The notes: generated from the sequence alone by a model not told the origin. A DNA stretch of 45,113 nucleotides from Akkermansiaceae bacterium (GCA_012032235.1 JAAURL010000001.1:1-45113), one strand, 5' to 3'; shown: positions 1 through 10,728, numbered from the stretch's first letter. A program made the numbers and translations.

Positions 1-1239
1 TGTCCCCAATACCGAGTGGCTCTGGCCTTTGACACGGCAGCGCAGCACGGAGGGGTGCTTTTCGATGGCGGCCTCCACCTCTTCTGGGAAAACTTTCATG
101 CCATTGATATTCAGCACACTCTTGACCCGACCTTTTAAGTAGATCCGGCCAGCGGCATCCGTCACCGCCAAATCCCCTGTGGCGAACCAACCATTCACAC
201 AGATTTCATCCAGTGTCTGCCATGGTGAAAGGTAAGCATCGAACATTCCTGGCCCTTTAATCCATAACTCGCCGACGGTTCCGATGGCTACCGGCAGCCC
301 TTCTTCATCACGCATTTCCACATCGTATGCGGGTAGCGGTCGGCCAACAGAGAGGGGGAAATCCGCGGCGCCGCTTGTATTCAGGAGCGGCAAGCCAACT
401 TCGATAATTCCAAGCCCCTGAGACAATGCTTTGCCAAATCGTTGGTGGAATCCGACAGCAATCTGTTGCGTCAGTGGCGCAGCAGTAGTCACCGCCAAAC
501 GCAAATCCGGCCATGCGAAGTCGCCAGTATCCGCAGCCAGCAGTGAAAAATGAAACGGTGCTCCGTAGATCACAGTGGCACGCGTAGTTTGCGCTATTTC
601 TAACACATGCTCTGCAAGGTGAGATTTACCTAAAACCGTACACGCGCCGTGATACAGATAGAGCATGATGGAAACTGCAAAATGGTGAGCCATCGGCAAC
701 ATCCATAATACTCGATCTTGCGGGCCGATTTCTAAGGCAGCATTTGCCGCTACAACTCGCTCTCGGAGTTTTCGATGACTTAAAACTACTCCTTTACTCC
801 GTCCCGTCGTCCCTGAGCTGAAGCGGATAAATGCTGGAGCCAGAATGGAAAATTCCGATTCCCATTCTAAGCTGGGCGGTTCTAGTGCTTGCCAAATCGC
901 CTGCTGCCAAGTTTCTCCCCGGCCAGAAATCACGCCATGCAAACTCGTGCGATCGCAGATTTCTTGGCGCTCCATTTCTGTTAGCTCATCAGCTAGTGGC
1001 ACAAGGCAGGCTCCCACTTTTAAAATCGCTAAAGCTAACACGATGTAGTTCACGCCGTTTTCACAAGCAAGACCGATCCGTGGCACTCCGTCGCGGCGAA
1101 AGCCTTTGCAACGATCCAGCCATGCTGCCGCAGCGGAAACTTGCTCGAACAAATCCCCATAACTGATCACCACGCCGTCTGAAATAATTGCAGGACGCTC
1201 AGCAGAAGCCCGGAGGTAAATTTGATCGACGATATTCAT
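1..1239 (-). CDS. Class I adenylate-forming enzyme (acyl-CoA synthetase / AMP-binding family), 3' end runs off the window
   Basis: Not in the ORF track because there is no stop in the window. Manual translation from ATG 1239 (MNIVDQIYLR...) gives the AMP-binding loop FIRFSSGTTGRSKG, plus WFATGDL and GRVKSVLNINGMKVFPEEVE. Confidence 0.9.
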   Translation of the reverse strand, partial: MNIVDQIYLRASAERPAIISDGVVISYGDLFEQVSAAAAWLDRCKGFRRDGVPRIGLACENGVNYIVLALAILKVGACLVPLADELTEMERQEICDRTSLHGVISGRGETWQQAIWQALEPPSLEWESEFSILAPAFIRFSSGTTGRSKGVVLSHRKLRERVVAANAALEIGPQDRVLWMLPMAHHFAVSIMLYLYHGACTVLGKSHLAEHVLEIAQTTRATVIYGAPFHFSLLAADTGDFAWPDLRLAVTTAAPLTQQIAVGFHQRFGKALSQGLGIIEVGLPLLNTSGAADFPLSVGRPLPAYDVEMRDEEGLPVAIGTVGELWIKGPGMFDAYLSPWQTLDEICVNGWFATGDLAVTDAAGRIYLKGRVKSVLNINGMKVFPEEVEAAIEKHPSVLRCRVKGQSHSVLGT

Positions 1240-1311
1240 CGCTCGCCCGTCTTCACAAAAAAACTGGGCGAAGACAAGGTTCATCAGCTTCGTATTGTGG
1301 CATTTCCAAAA

Positions 1312-4024
1312 CTAGGAAATTGGCGATTTCCAAATGAGGCGAACGGCATCTAGGCGGACGCGGGCGTTTTGAATAATGATTGCCAGCTCGCTTTCTCCTT
1401 CTTGGAGTGTGGTAATTTCCTCCGGCTTGATGTGATCGTTCACTTCGGCGAGGTTTTTGAGCCGGGAAATTTCCTCGGTGAGTTCTGCACGCATTTGGGA
1501 AAGTGCAAATTGGATGATCGCTTGGCTTTGATGCACACCTAGGTCGCGGGTTTTTTCCAACAGCTTCGGGAGAATGACTTGCTTTACTTTTTGGTTTTTT
1601 AACAAGCTGCCAGGATCTCCACGGCGTAGAGGAGCCTTAGCAAAAGCAGGATCTTCCGACAGATCACGGCCTAGATGATCGACGATGATTCGTAGCGGAG
1701 TTTGCGGGAGGAATCGCTCAATGTGCAATCGAGAGGGAGCTACGCACTCAATGACGACCCATGATTCTAACAGGATTGTTTTTTCTCCGGGAGAATCCCA
1801 AACGCCGAAGCAGGCATTTCCCGCTGCTGAGCCTAACATGAGATCCAGCGCACCGCGCACCATCGGATGATCCCATGTCAGAAAAGCTTCTTGTTCGCGT
1901 TCTAATGCGCGCTGACGGTCAAACGTAACCGACATCCCATCGGGAGGGAGCGCGGGAAATGCATCGGATTTTAAATTTCCCGGAAGGAGGAAATAGCGAC
2001 GTTTTTCCAGCTCCTCGATGTGTAGGCCGGAGAACTCGAACAGGCGCAGCAGGAAATCTTCGAAGCTCGTGTCTTCATCCCAAGCGCGGATTTTCTCGAT
2101 CAACCACGCAGATCTTTCGGGCCGGTGAGAGCTGCGTTCTAACAGGCGATCTTGACCGCGAGCAAGGCGCTCTGAAATGCGTTTCCTGCAAGCTTGTGTT
2201 TTCTCGATTAATTCTTCGATGCCTTCGCGCTCCCCGATGGCTTCTTCTAAATCGAGAGCGAGCTCCCGCTGGATTTCTGCCGCGCCGGGAGGACTAGCAC
2301 GGAAAGCATCCAAGCCTTCTTCTAGCCAGCGCATGTGGATTTCTTCACCCGTACCTGGGAGATAGGGAACATGCACTTGGATCGTGCCGCGCTGGCCGAT
2401 GCGGTCGAGACGTCCGATGCGTTGCTCTAACAGATCAACGTCTCCCGGGAGGTCGAATAGCACGAGATGCCGCGCAAACTGGAAGTTTCTCCCTTCACTG
2501 CCGATTTCTGAGCACACGAGAAAACGGGCTCCATCAGGCTCTGCGAAAAATGCGGCATTGCGATCACGCTGTAGCAAGGTGAGATCCTCGTGAAATACAG
2601 CGCCGACAGCGCCAGTCGTTTCGCGGAGCTGCTCTAAAATTTCTTCTGCCAACTCCCGAGTTTGGGTGATGACCAAGACTTTTTCATCGCCGAGTTTTTC
2701 TAGCAAATCAATCAACCACGGCACTTTATCGGTGACGGAAATGAGTCGCGTTTCGCGCTGGGGAAAGCCGCCAAGTCGTGATCGGGTGTTGCGAAACATC
2801 ACGCGGCCTACACCAAAGCCGTCTAACAAATCCGCGATCAGTTGTTCGCGGGCGGCAGATTTTCCCGCGTGGAAATCTGCAACGCGCAGCTCAAGACGTT
2901 TCCTTCCAAAGACGATTTCTCCCAAGCGTTCGTCCACCGCATCGCCAGCTGTTAGGGATTCTACGACATCCGCCACGGCTTCGTAATGGTGCGTTTCCTC
3001 ACGATACTGTTGCAGGTCTGCGTATCGCTTAGGATCTAACAGTTGGAGTCGGGCGAAATGACCTTCTGGGCCGAGCTGCTGGGGCGTAGCTGTAAGAAGC
3101 AGTAAGCTTTCTGTAGTTTCTGCCAGATCGCGAACCATTTCATACGCAGGTCCAGCAGAGTCTGGTGACCACTCCAAATGATGTGCTTCATCCACGACCA
3201 TCACATCCCAGCCAGCGGCTTTTGCCTGCGCTGAACGGGTTGTATTTTCTGCTAGAAATCCGACAGAAGTGAGCACCCACTGGCTATCAAGAAATGGATT
3301 GCACTCTGGATCGCCTGTATTCGATCGCTTCACAGCGTTCCTCATCGAATAGGCTAAATGATAGTTGAAAGCGGCGCAGCAGTTCGACAAACCATTGGTG
3401 GATTAGCGGCTCAGGCACTAAAATCAGCACGCGCTCCGCACGACCTGTTAGGATGAGCCGGTGTAAAATCAGACAGGCTTCGATCGTTTTTCCTAGGCCT
3501 ACTTGATCGGCTAGCAGCACACGGGGTTGCGGACGATTGGCGACTTCATCGGCGATGAAGAGCTGATGCGGGATCAAGTCCATCCGCGCGCCGGCAAGGC
3601 CACGAACCGGAGAACGGCGCATCTCTGCGCGACGCTGCAAGGCTTCGCCACGTAAATCAAAGTCTTTGAAATCATCCAACTTTCCACCGAATAGTCGCTC
3701 TTCGGGTTTGCTGAAGCTAATCGAATCCGACAAGTCAGCCTCCGTGACATCTCCGCGATCCGTTTCGTAAATCAACAAGCCCGCTTCTTCGCGGATGCGC
3801 GTGACGGTCATTTCTGCACCGCTGTGGATTTTGATGCGGTCTCCTGTTAGGAACTTCACCCGCCGCAGCGGCGCGGTATCGGTGGCATAAATGCGAGTTT
3901 CGCCTGCTGCGGGAAATCCGATTTCCACACGTCCATCATCACTGCTTTTGATGATGCCTAGTCCCAGCTCCGGCTCGCCATCGCTAACCCAGCGCTGACC
4001 GCGCGTCCATGTTGGTAAATCCAT
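1312..4024 (-). CDS. rapA: RNA polymerase-associated SNF2-family ATPase RapA/HepA, split by one frameshift near 3318
   Basis: N-terminal GQRWVSDGEPELGLG, motif I LLADQVGLGKT, DEAH box, SEIGSEGRNFQFA, EQRIGRLDRIGQ and RapA C-terminal region; ORFs 3287-4024 and 1312-3390 join with a 1-nt shift. Confidence 0.92.
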
Positions 4025-4028
4025 CGAA

Positions 4029-4655
4029 TTAGTTTTTTACAAAGAGTTCCTGACAAAGCAGGCAGTTGCTAGATTTGCAGCCATGCGCGGTGCAGTGTTC
4101 GCGACCGTAAAAGATAATCTGCAGATGGAGGCGGTTCCATGCGTCACGAGGAAAGAGCTTTTTTAAATCCCGCTCTGTCTGTATGACGTTTTTCCCGGTG
4201 GTGAGTTTCCAGCGCGTTGCGAGACGATGGATGTGAGTATCCACAGGAAATGCAGGCACGCCAAAAGCCTGTGCCATCACGACGGATGCAGTCTTGTGAC
4301 CCACGCCGGGCAAGGCTTCCAGCGCTGCGAAATCTGCTGGAACTGCGCCACCGTGTTGCTCGACCAGGATTTTTGATAACTCTGAAATGGCTGCGGATTT
4401 ACGTGGCGACAGCCCGCAAGGCCGGATGATTTCCTGAATTTTCCCGACAGGCACATGCATCATGTCGTGTGGATTATCTGCTAAAGCGAACAATCCCGGA
4501 GTGACTAGATTTACACGCACATCGGTGCATTGAGCGGACAGTAAAACGGCAATCAGCAAAGTGTAGGCATCTTTGTGGTCCAGCGGAATCGGTGTTTCCG
4601 GATAGAGATCGTTGAGGCGGCGTAGTAAATGATCCGCACGTTGTTGCTTTCGCAT
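4029..4655 (-). CDS. nth: Endonuclease III (HhH-GPD DNA glycosylase)
   Basis: LLSAQCTD, HhH motif LPGVGHKTA, VDTH and a C-terminal 4-Cys cluster motif. Confidence 0.95.
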   Translation of the reverse strand: MRKQQRADHLLRRLNDLYPETPIPLDHKDAYTLLIAVLLSAQCTDVRVNLVTPGLFALADNPHDMMHVPVGKIQEIIRPCGLSPRKSAAISELSKILVEQHGGAVPADFAALEALPGVGHKTASVVMAQAFGVPAFPVDTHIHRLATRWKLTTGKNVIQTERDLKKLFPRDAWNRLHLQIIFYGREHCTAHGCKSSNCLLCQELFVKN

Positions 4656-4802
4656 GTTATGAGTTTCTAAACGGTTTAGGGAAATTGCAAGTATCGTGGG
4701 GGTCGGTTTGGCTGAGGGTCAAAATCTTCCTGTGGGCGTGAATTTCCGGCGCTGAAGTATCTGCCTTGTCGTCAATGATGGGAGCCGTTAATTCTCACAG
4801 CA

Positions 4803-5441
4803 GTGACGAATGATAAAGCACAACTTCAGCGGAATCCATCGTGGTCCCGCACACTGGTTTTGTCGGCATTGATCTGTGCCGGCGCGGTGGCAATCTTGCT
4901 TCCCGCGTGGTTGCCAAAAACGCGCGCCGTGCCGATTGAAAGCGCGACGGTGGAGCTGCTACAAGCTTTGCTTTTGGCGGCTAGCGCAGCAATTATGTTA
5001 GGTGCTTCTCCTCACGCTGGAGTGAATCGTCCAGTTTGCCGCGTGATGGCTTTGGGTTTATTGGCCGCCTTTATAGGCGAGATTGAGGATTTCGTTTCCG
5101 GGATTTTAGGCTTTAAATTTCCGGAGGTCTGGGTGATCGCCGTGATCGTCCTAGTCGCCCTCATAACTGCACTGCGACACCGAAAAGTGGTGGTAAATTT
5201 TATTTCCGCGTTAGGAAATCATGCAGGCTCAGGTTTGATTGGGGCAGCACTGTTAATTATTTATGTTTTCAATCGGGTGATGGGCAGCACGAAGTTTTGG
5301 AAAGCGACATTGGGAGCAAATTTCCCGCCAGAAGTTCCAAAGGTATGTAAGAGCTATTTGGAGCTGTTAGCTTGCTATCTCATATTTATTGGTGCTTTAG
5401 GATTTTCTATCACTCTCGCACGGCGCAAGAAGCTGTTATAA
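4803..5441 (+). CDS. Hypothetical polytopic membrane protein
   Basis: 212-aa ORF with about 6 hydrophobic segments, 4 nt upstream of trmL; no family recognised. Confidence 0.75.
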   Translation: MTNDKAQLQRNPSWSRTLVLSALICAGAVAILLPAWLPKTRAVPIESATVELLQALLLAASAAIMLGASPHAGVNRPVCRVMALGLLAAFIGEIEDFVSGILGFKFPEVWVIAVIVLVALITALRHRKVVVNFISALGNHAGSGLIGAALLIIYVFNRVMGSTKFWKATLGANFPPEVPKVCKSYLELLACYLIFIGALGFSITLARRKKLL

Positions 5442-5445
5442 ATTC

Positions 5446-5907
5446 ATGTTCAATATTGTTCTGATAGAGCCGGAAATTCCTCATAACGCGGGAGCTGCTG
5501 GGCGTTTGGCATTGGCCACGGATTCACAGTTACATCTCGTGGAGCCGTTAGGTTTTTCGCTAGAAGATAAGCATGTCCGGCGCACGGGCCTAGACTATTG
5601 GCAGGATGTGAAATTGCACGTTTGGAAGTCCTTTGATGAGCTGAGAAATGCTGCGGATCCTTCGGCGAAATTTTGGTTTCTAAGCACGAAGGCGACCGCT
5701 TCACCATGGCAGGCGGGATTTCAGCCAGGAGACTACCTCGTGTTTGGCCGGGAAACAAAAGGCTTACCAGAAAGTCTCATCGCTGCAGCAGGAGAAAATG
5801 CGCTGCGCATTCCGATGGTACCGGGCAGCACACGCAGTCTGAATTTATCCACGGCCATCGCCATCGTGCTTTATGAAGCGGCTCGTCAACAAAATCCACC
5901 ATGGTGA
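5446..5907 (+). CDS. trmL: tRNA (cytidine/uridine-34 2'-O)-methyltransferase, SpoU family
   Basis: IVLIEPEIPHNAG, RRTGLDYW, FGRETKGLP and RSLNLS motifs. Confidence 0.93.
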   Translation: MFNIVLIEPEIPHNAGAAGRLALATDSQLHLVEPLGFSLEDKHVRRTGLDYWQDVKLHVWKSFDELRNAADPSAKFWFLSTKATASPWQAGFQPGDYLVFGRETKGLPESLIAAAGENALRIPMVPGSTRSLNLSTAIAIVLYEAARQQNPPW

Positions 5908-6015
5908 TCCTGCGATTGAGATTCCGCTCAGCGAGAAATGACTGGATGGCCCGTCACCATTGCGTCGTATTGCTCCGTAAATCTGGCTTGCAGAATGGCA
6001 GTTTGAAAGTCAACG

Positions 6016-6663
6016 GTGGTCATGGAATTTTCTGCAGTGTTATTTGATTTCGACGGTGTGCTGGTAGATACCGAATGGGCGATTTATCAAGCGTGGCTGC
6101 GAACATTTCAAGCTCACGGTCATGATTTGCCGTTGCAGATTTACACGCGCTGTATTGGGTCGGATTTTGAAACCTGGTCGCCGAAGACCCATTTAGAAGA
6201 ACTCACTGGAAAGGCATTTGATTGGCATGATCTGGACGTAAAAAGGCAGGAAAAAATCATGCAAGAACTGACTCATGAAGGTCCGATGCCGGGCGCGATC
6301 AAATTGTTAGAAAAACTAACCCTAGCAGGAATCCGCCGGGCTGTAGTTTCCAGCTCGTCGCATCACTGGGTAGATGGTTGGTTGGAAAAGCTGGCGCTTG
6401 CTGATTATTTTGAAGCCACTATCTGTCGCGGCGACGCCCCGCGGATCAAACCCGCACCTGATCTCTATCAAGAAGCAGCGCTGCGTCTCGGCCTTCAACC
6501 AGCCGAATGTCTTGTAATTGAGGATTCGCTCAACGGCGTTAAGGCAGCAAAAGCTGCTGGGATGAATGTCTGGGCGGTGCCTAATCGCGTAACTGCTGGC
6601 TTGGATCTTTCACGTGCAGACGGCGCTTTCCCATCACTTGTGGAGCTAGCGATTGAGCTGTGA
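6016..6663 (+). CDS. HAD-family phosphatase (beta-phosphoglucomutase/CbbY-like)
   Basis: Motif I FDFDGVLVDTE, motif II SSS, KPAPD and EDSLNG; the true start may be ATG 6022. Confidence 0.9.
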   Translation: MVMEFSAVLFDFDGVLVDTEWAIYQAWLRTFQAHGHDLPLQIYTRCIGSDFETWSPKTHLEELTGKAFDWHDLDVKRQEKIMQELTHEGPMPGAIKLLEKLTLAGIRRAVVSSSSHHWVDGWLEKLALADYFEATICRGDAPRIKPAPDLYQEAALRLGLQPAECLVIEDSLNGVKAAKAAGMNVWAVPNRVTAGLDLSRADGAFPSLVELAIEL

Positions 6664-6668
6664 AACAT

Positions 6669-6935
6669 TCAGCGCTTAAACTGCAAATAGCGGAAGGCCG
6701 GTAGATCCAGATTGGGTAGTTTATCTGGCATCAGCACAACAGGGGTTTCTGCTTCTTCGCCATTTGGCTTCGGATTACGGGCGATCACTACTGGCGGCGG
6801 GGGCTGCAAACAGCGTCTTCTTTGTTCCGCAAGAACAGCTTCTTGATCGAAATTAGAAATCCCAAAGCCATCAGCAGGCTTCGCCGACACCTGTGGTGGG
6901 CGTTGCTTTTTGAAAAGTTTGAGGGGTGAGATCAT
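6669..6935 (-). CDS. Small hypothetical Pro-rich protein
   Basis: 88-aa ATG ORF filling the gap, convergent with the HAD gene and preceded by an AT-rich upstream region. Confidence 0.55.
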   Translation of the reverse strand: MISPLKLFKKQRPPQVSAKPADGFGISNFDQEAVLAEQRRRCLQPPPPVVIARNPKPNGEEAETPVVLMPDKLPNLDLPAFRYLQFKR

Positions 6936-6997
6936 AAAAATTTTAATCTACTGACAGAATAATAAGTGATAAGCAGTTATTGTGCCATCAATATTGC

Positions 6998-7043
6998 ATG
7001 ACAATTTCGTCACAAATTAGGATTCGTATGACAGATATCTCAC
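6998..7043. promoter_or_regulatory. Two candidate operator sites (ATGACA-N-TCAC) 30 bp apart
   Basis: ATGACAATTTCGTCAC (6998) and ATGACAGATATCTCAC (7028); the first contains the palindrome TGAC-N6-GTCA. Confidence 0.35.
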
Positions 7044-7108
7044 TAAAAAACATTACGAAACCCTGCCATTAGATAAACACCCATTTCCGGCAGCTTCAAG
7101 CTAAATTA

Positions 7109-7629
7109 TTATAAACCAGAAGGATGTCGCATAAAGTGTCCGCGCCCTTGGCGAGTTTCGGGCTTCCAGCGTGGGCCAGAGCGCGAGCCAGAGCCACCTG
7201 TATCGAGGCGTAATCCGGCGATCGTCATGAAAACGTGGCCGTCGCGGACATAATGGTGATCCAGTCGCCATCGCCTTTTTTGCCGTATTTGAAAAAGCCT
7301 TCTGAAGTCATACTACCTTTTAAAAGGCCAGCCTCCCGCAGAACGTAAGAAACCGTGCCAGAGCAATCATAGCCAGAATCTTCTTGTTGCGCATGACCAC
7401 CTCCCCATTTGTAGGGCATTCCTTGCAGTCGATTCCCTGCCGCAATAGCGCGTTTCACCGCTGCAGGAGCCCGCCGGGGAGCGTAGGCGACTCCATTTTT
7501 CAACAGTGCCGTGCGTCCGTGCTCGAAGCGATAAGAGACTGGTTTCTTCGCTTTTACCTGACTGGAGCAAGAAACCAGACTGCAAAAAACGGGTAAAATG
7601 GCCGCTAAAATCAGCAGGAAATTTTTCAT
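7109..7629 (-). CDS. NlpC/P60-type peptidoglycan endopeptidase lipoprotein, frameshift near 7250
   Basis: Lipobox LVSC, PYKWGGGH and GYDCSG. Restoring one T gives WITIYVRDGHVFMTIAGLRLDTG...HPSGL* with the catalytic His. Confidence 0.85.
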
Positions 7630-7666
7630 ATCGCACAAAATAGCCAAAATAGTTAAGAAATGCAAA

Positions 7667-8266
7667 CTATTTTAAGCCCTGCTTATTCAGATAGGCAACG
7701 ACTTGCCCTAGCGCACGTGATCGATGGCTTAGGCTATTTTTAATTTCATCACCCAATTCACCGAATGTTAGGTCGAAGCCATTCGGAATGAATAGCGGAT
7801 CGTAGCCGAATCCATTGGTGCCATTTAGCTTTTCTACAAGCCGTCCCTCTACAGTTCCACTAAAATGAGCCTGCGCTTTACCCCCGCGAGCCAGCACCAT
7901 CGTACAGCGGAAACGTGCTGCCCGCTCAGTTTCTTGGGCCATTTCTAGCAACAGCCGCGCGTTATTTTTCGCGTGATTCCCTTCTTCTCCCCCATAGCTG
8001 GAGGACCAAACGCCGGGCGCGCCGTCTAGGGCATCCACTTCCAGCCCGGAGTCGTCAGATAGGACCCAGCCATCGATATGGCAGCTGATCCCTTCCGCTT
8101 TGAGCTGGGCATTTTCGAGAAACGTCGTGCCGGTTTCCTCGATCTCAGGAAAATCAGGAAATGCCGTGGCGTTAAGGACTTCAAAACGATCTCCAATCAT
8201 CGCGCGGATTTCAGCGGTTTTATGAGCATTACGAGTCGCTAGAATCAAACGTGGCAGCGTGGACAT
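7667..8266 (-). CDS. rdgB: Non-canonical purine NTP pyrophosphatase (HAM1 family)
   Basis: ATRNAHK, ETGTTFLENAQLKA, DDSGL, GFGYDPLF and SHR motifs. Confidence 0.95.
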   Translation of the reverse strand: MSTLPRLILATRNAHKTAEIRAMIGDRFEVLNATAFPDFPEIEETGTTFLENAQLKAEGISCHIDGWVLSDDSGLEVDALDGAPGVWSSSYGGEEGNHAKNNARLLLEMAQETERAARFRCTMVLARGGKAQAHFSGTVEGRLVEKLNGTNGFGYDPLFIPNGFDLTFGELGDEIKNSLSHRSRALGQVVAYLNKQGLK

Positions 8267-8341
8267 GGCGATGGATTTACACGGATATAACATTTTTGAC
8301 GAAAATTTTTGAATAATTTATCAATCGGTGGCACTTATTAA

Positions 8342-8869
8342 GTGATGAAAGCAATAACTTGGCTAGCTTCTGTAACTGTAGGGGTCGCCGCCCTCTCCGC
8401 TTCCGCCTTCGCAAAAGTACCTGAAGGTTGGTCCACTGATTTAGATAAAGCCCTAGAAAAAGCAAAGGCGGAGAAAAAGTCCGTGCTCGTCGAGTTCACG
8501 GGTTCCGATTGGTGCCCTCCATGTATCGCGATGCGCAAGAATGTTTTCACCAAGAAGGAATTTGTATCTGCCGCCTCCAAGGATTTCATCCTCGTAGAAC
8601 TGGATTTTCCGAATGGGGATGAAGCTACAAAGAAAAAGAACGAGCCGATGGCTACGAAATATAAAATCGAAGGTTTCCCAACGGTCATTCTTTTAAATTC
8701 CGCAGGAAAAGAGTTCTCCAGATTTTTCGCCTCCGAACACCCGTCGGTTGATGGTTTCCTGAAACACATCAATGGAGAACTGAAGAAAAGGATCTCGATT
8801 AATTGTTTCGCGAATCGCCACAGTTTAATCCACGCGACGCGCCGGATAGTCATCTCTGTTTTAAATTAA
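8342..8869 (+). CDS. Exported thioredoxin-family protein
   Basis: Signal peptide, FTGSDWCPPC and GFPT cis-Pro. The true stop may be TAA 8800-8802 (...LKKKDLD*) if one A is missing in the run near 8786. Confidence 0.88.
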   Translation: MMKAITWLASVTVGVAALSASAFAKVPEGWSTDLDKALEKAKAEKKSVLVEFTGSDWCPPCIAMRKNVFTKKEFVSAASKDFILVELDFPNGDEATKKKNEPMATKYKIEGFPTVILLNSAGKEFSRFFASEHPSVDGFLKHINGELKKRISINCFANRHSLIHATRRIVISVLN

Positions 8870-8877
8870 AAAATGGG

Positions 8878-8907
8878 TTGCATCCGGCGCGGGCTCCGTC
8901 CTAACTT
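8878..8907 (+). promoter_or_regulatory. Candidate sigma70 promoter of tRNA-Val
   Basis: TTGCAT (8878) - 18 nt - TAACTT (8902), followed by a GC-rich discriminator, just upstream of the tRNA. Confidence 0.45.
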
Positions 8908-8934
8908 CGCGCGCCTTTGAAAAAAGCACTATTT

Positions 8935-9009
8935 GCGCGGTTAGCTCAGTGGTAGAGCACCTCCCTGACACGGAGGGGGTCACTGGTTCGAACCCAGTAT
9001 CGCGCACCA
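8935..9009 (+). tRNA. tRNA-Val (GAC)
   Basis: Acceptor stem GCGCGGT/ATCGCGC, D arm AGCTCAGTGGTAGAGC, anticodon stem CCTCC/GGAGG with loop CTGACAC, T arm GGTTCGAACC and encoded CCA. Confidence 0.97.
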
Positions 9010-9036
9010 TTTATTTTTTACTTTCTCCAATCCACT

Positions 9037-9891
9037 TTGACCTCTGCGATGAACGCAGCGCCGCCTTCGCCTGAGGAGCTAAACGCGCTATTACGGCTTC
9101 TCGATGACGAAACATCCATTGTCCGGGAGCGAGTCGCTGGGCGGTTGGCCTGTAGCACTGGCGATTTAAGTGAATGGTTAGCAACTCACCCGCGAGTCCT
9201 GAGCCAAAAAGAGAGCGAGCTTTTGGTGGAAATGCTCAAACCGCCCCGCCGCGAAACATTGATCCGCGAATGGATCGCCCCCACCGGCGGTGCTGGTGCG
9301 CTGCAAGAAGACTGGGAATCGTTTGAAGCATTGCTGCGCATCCTGTCAGATTTTCTTCACGACGGCATCTCCCTGCGCCAACCACTATCAGATGCCCTCG
9401 ATCTCTTGGCGGAAGAAGCCAGCGACGAAGGAATTACTACCGCGAATGAGCTTCGCTCTTTCCTTTTCGAAGGAAAGAGACTGCTCGGCAATCAGCAAAA
9501 CTACTACGAACCTCGTAATTCCGACTTGGCCTGGTGCATTGCGGAAAATCGCTCGAACCCGCTCGGGCTGTGTCTGATCTTCATCCTTGTAGGGCGGCGT
9601 TTAGATCTAGAAATCGAAGGGGTGAATTTCCCCGGGCACTTCATGTGTCGGATTTTTGAAGATGGCTTTCCCCTCATCGTTGATTGTTACGATCGCGGTC
9701 GCTTGCACCTACAAGCAGCGCTTTTAGAAGATCCCGAGATCCAGCGTGCTCACCGCGAAATCCTCCGCCAATCCGCCGGGCTTGGCACGATCCTGCTGCG
9801 CCTGCTAAACAATCTCCAAAAATCCTTTGAGCAAAACAATTGCTCAGAAGACGCAGAACTCATTCAAAAACTGCAAGCGACTTTGGATTGA
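9037..9891 (+). CDS. SirB1-like / Transglut_core2 family protein
   Basis: YYEPRNSDL, PLGLCLI, GVNFPGHF and ILLRLLNNL match the SirB1 family; ATG 9049 is an alternative start. Confidence 0.8.
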   Translation: MTSAMNAAPPSPEELNALLRLLDDETSIVRERVAGRLACSTGDLSEWLATHPRVLSQKESELLVEMLKPPRRETLIREWIAPTGGAGALQEDWESFEALLRILSDFLHDGISLRQPLSDALDLLAEEASDEGITTANELRSFLFEGKRLLGNQQNYYEPRNSDLAWCIAENRSNPLGLCLIFILVGRRLDLEIEGVNFPGHFMCRIFEDGFPLIVDCYDRGRLHLQAALLEDPEIQRAHREILRQSAGLGTILLRLLNNLQKSFEQNNCSEDAELIQKLQATLD

Positions 9892-9931
9892 ATGGGAAAA
9901 ATTTTCTGTTGAGTCGAATTCAACGGAAAGA

Positions 9932-10728
9932 TCAATGCCCCACCAATCTTGGGATTGAGGCTAACAGCCTCTTGGTGTATTCGGCTTGTGTCTCATGGAA
10001 GACTTTTCCGCTGGTCCAGATTCGACGATTTTTCCTTGATACATAACGGCAATGCGGTCGGCGATGTAGTGAACCACGCCGAGATCGTGTGAAATGAAGA
10101 TCATCGTTAGGCCCAGATCTTTTTGTAGGGAGGTGATGAGATTGAGGATCTGCGATTGAATCGAAACATCCAGCGCGGAAACTGGCTCATCCGCGATGAC
10201 GAGTTTCGGCTCTGGGGCGAGAGCACGGGCAATCGCAATACGCTGTCGCTGTCCGCCGGAGAATTCATGCGGGTATTTTTTCATCACGCGGGCATCGAGA
10301 CCGACGGTGGACATGAGCTGCTCGAGGCGATCTGATAGTTGGCCGCCTTTCAGCTCTGGTCGGCGCTGGCGGACGGCCTCGGCAAGTGTGGAAAAAATCG
10401 TCATGCGCGGATTGAGCGAGGCGTAGGGATCTTGGAAAACCATTTGGAAATCCAGTCGCCGTTTTCGCACTTGGTTAGGTGAAAGCGCGGATAAATCTTC
10501 GCCGTCCAAAATGATTGAGCCGCCTGTCGCTGGAATGAGCTGCATGATCGATCGGGAAAGCGTGGATTTACCGCAGCCGGATTCGCCGACCAAGCCGAGG
10601 ATTTCGCCTTTTTCCAAGCTGAGGCTAACACCGTCCACGGCTTTCACGACATGCTTAGCGGGCGAAAAGACTGAGCCAGTCCGCTGGGTGAAATAAGTTT
10701 GGAGGTTCTTGATTTCCAGATACACCAC
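9932..10728 (-). CDS. Oligopeptide/dipeptide-type ABC transporter ATP-binding protein, frameshift near 10005
   Basis: GESGCGKST, FQDPYASLNPR, FSGGQRQR, DEPVSALD and SHD. Restoring one A gives ...VFHETQAEYTKRLLASIPRLVGH*. Confidence 0.92.

Noticed and set aside
8935-9009. tRNA-Val as an integration site
   Set aside because: No integrase nearby and no duplicate of the tRNA 3' end found in the window.
9932-10728. Orphan ABC ATPase without permeases as a novel system
   Set aside because: Dispersed peptide-transporter subunits are common; the partners are probably elsewhere in the genome.
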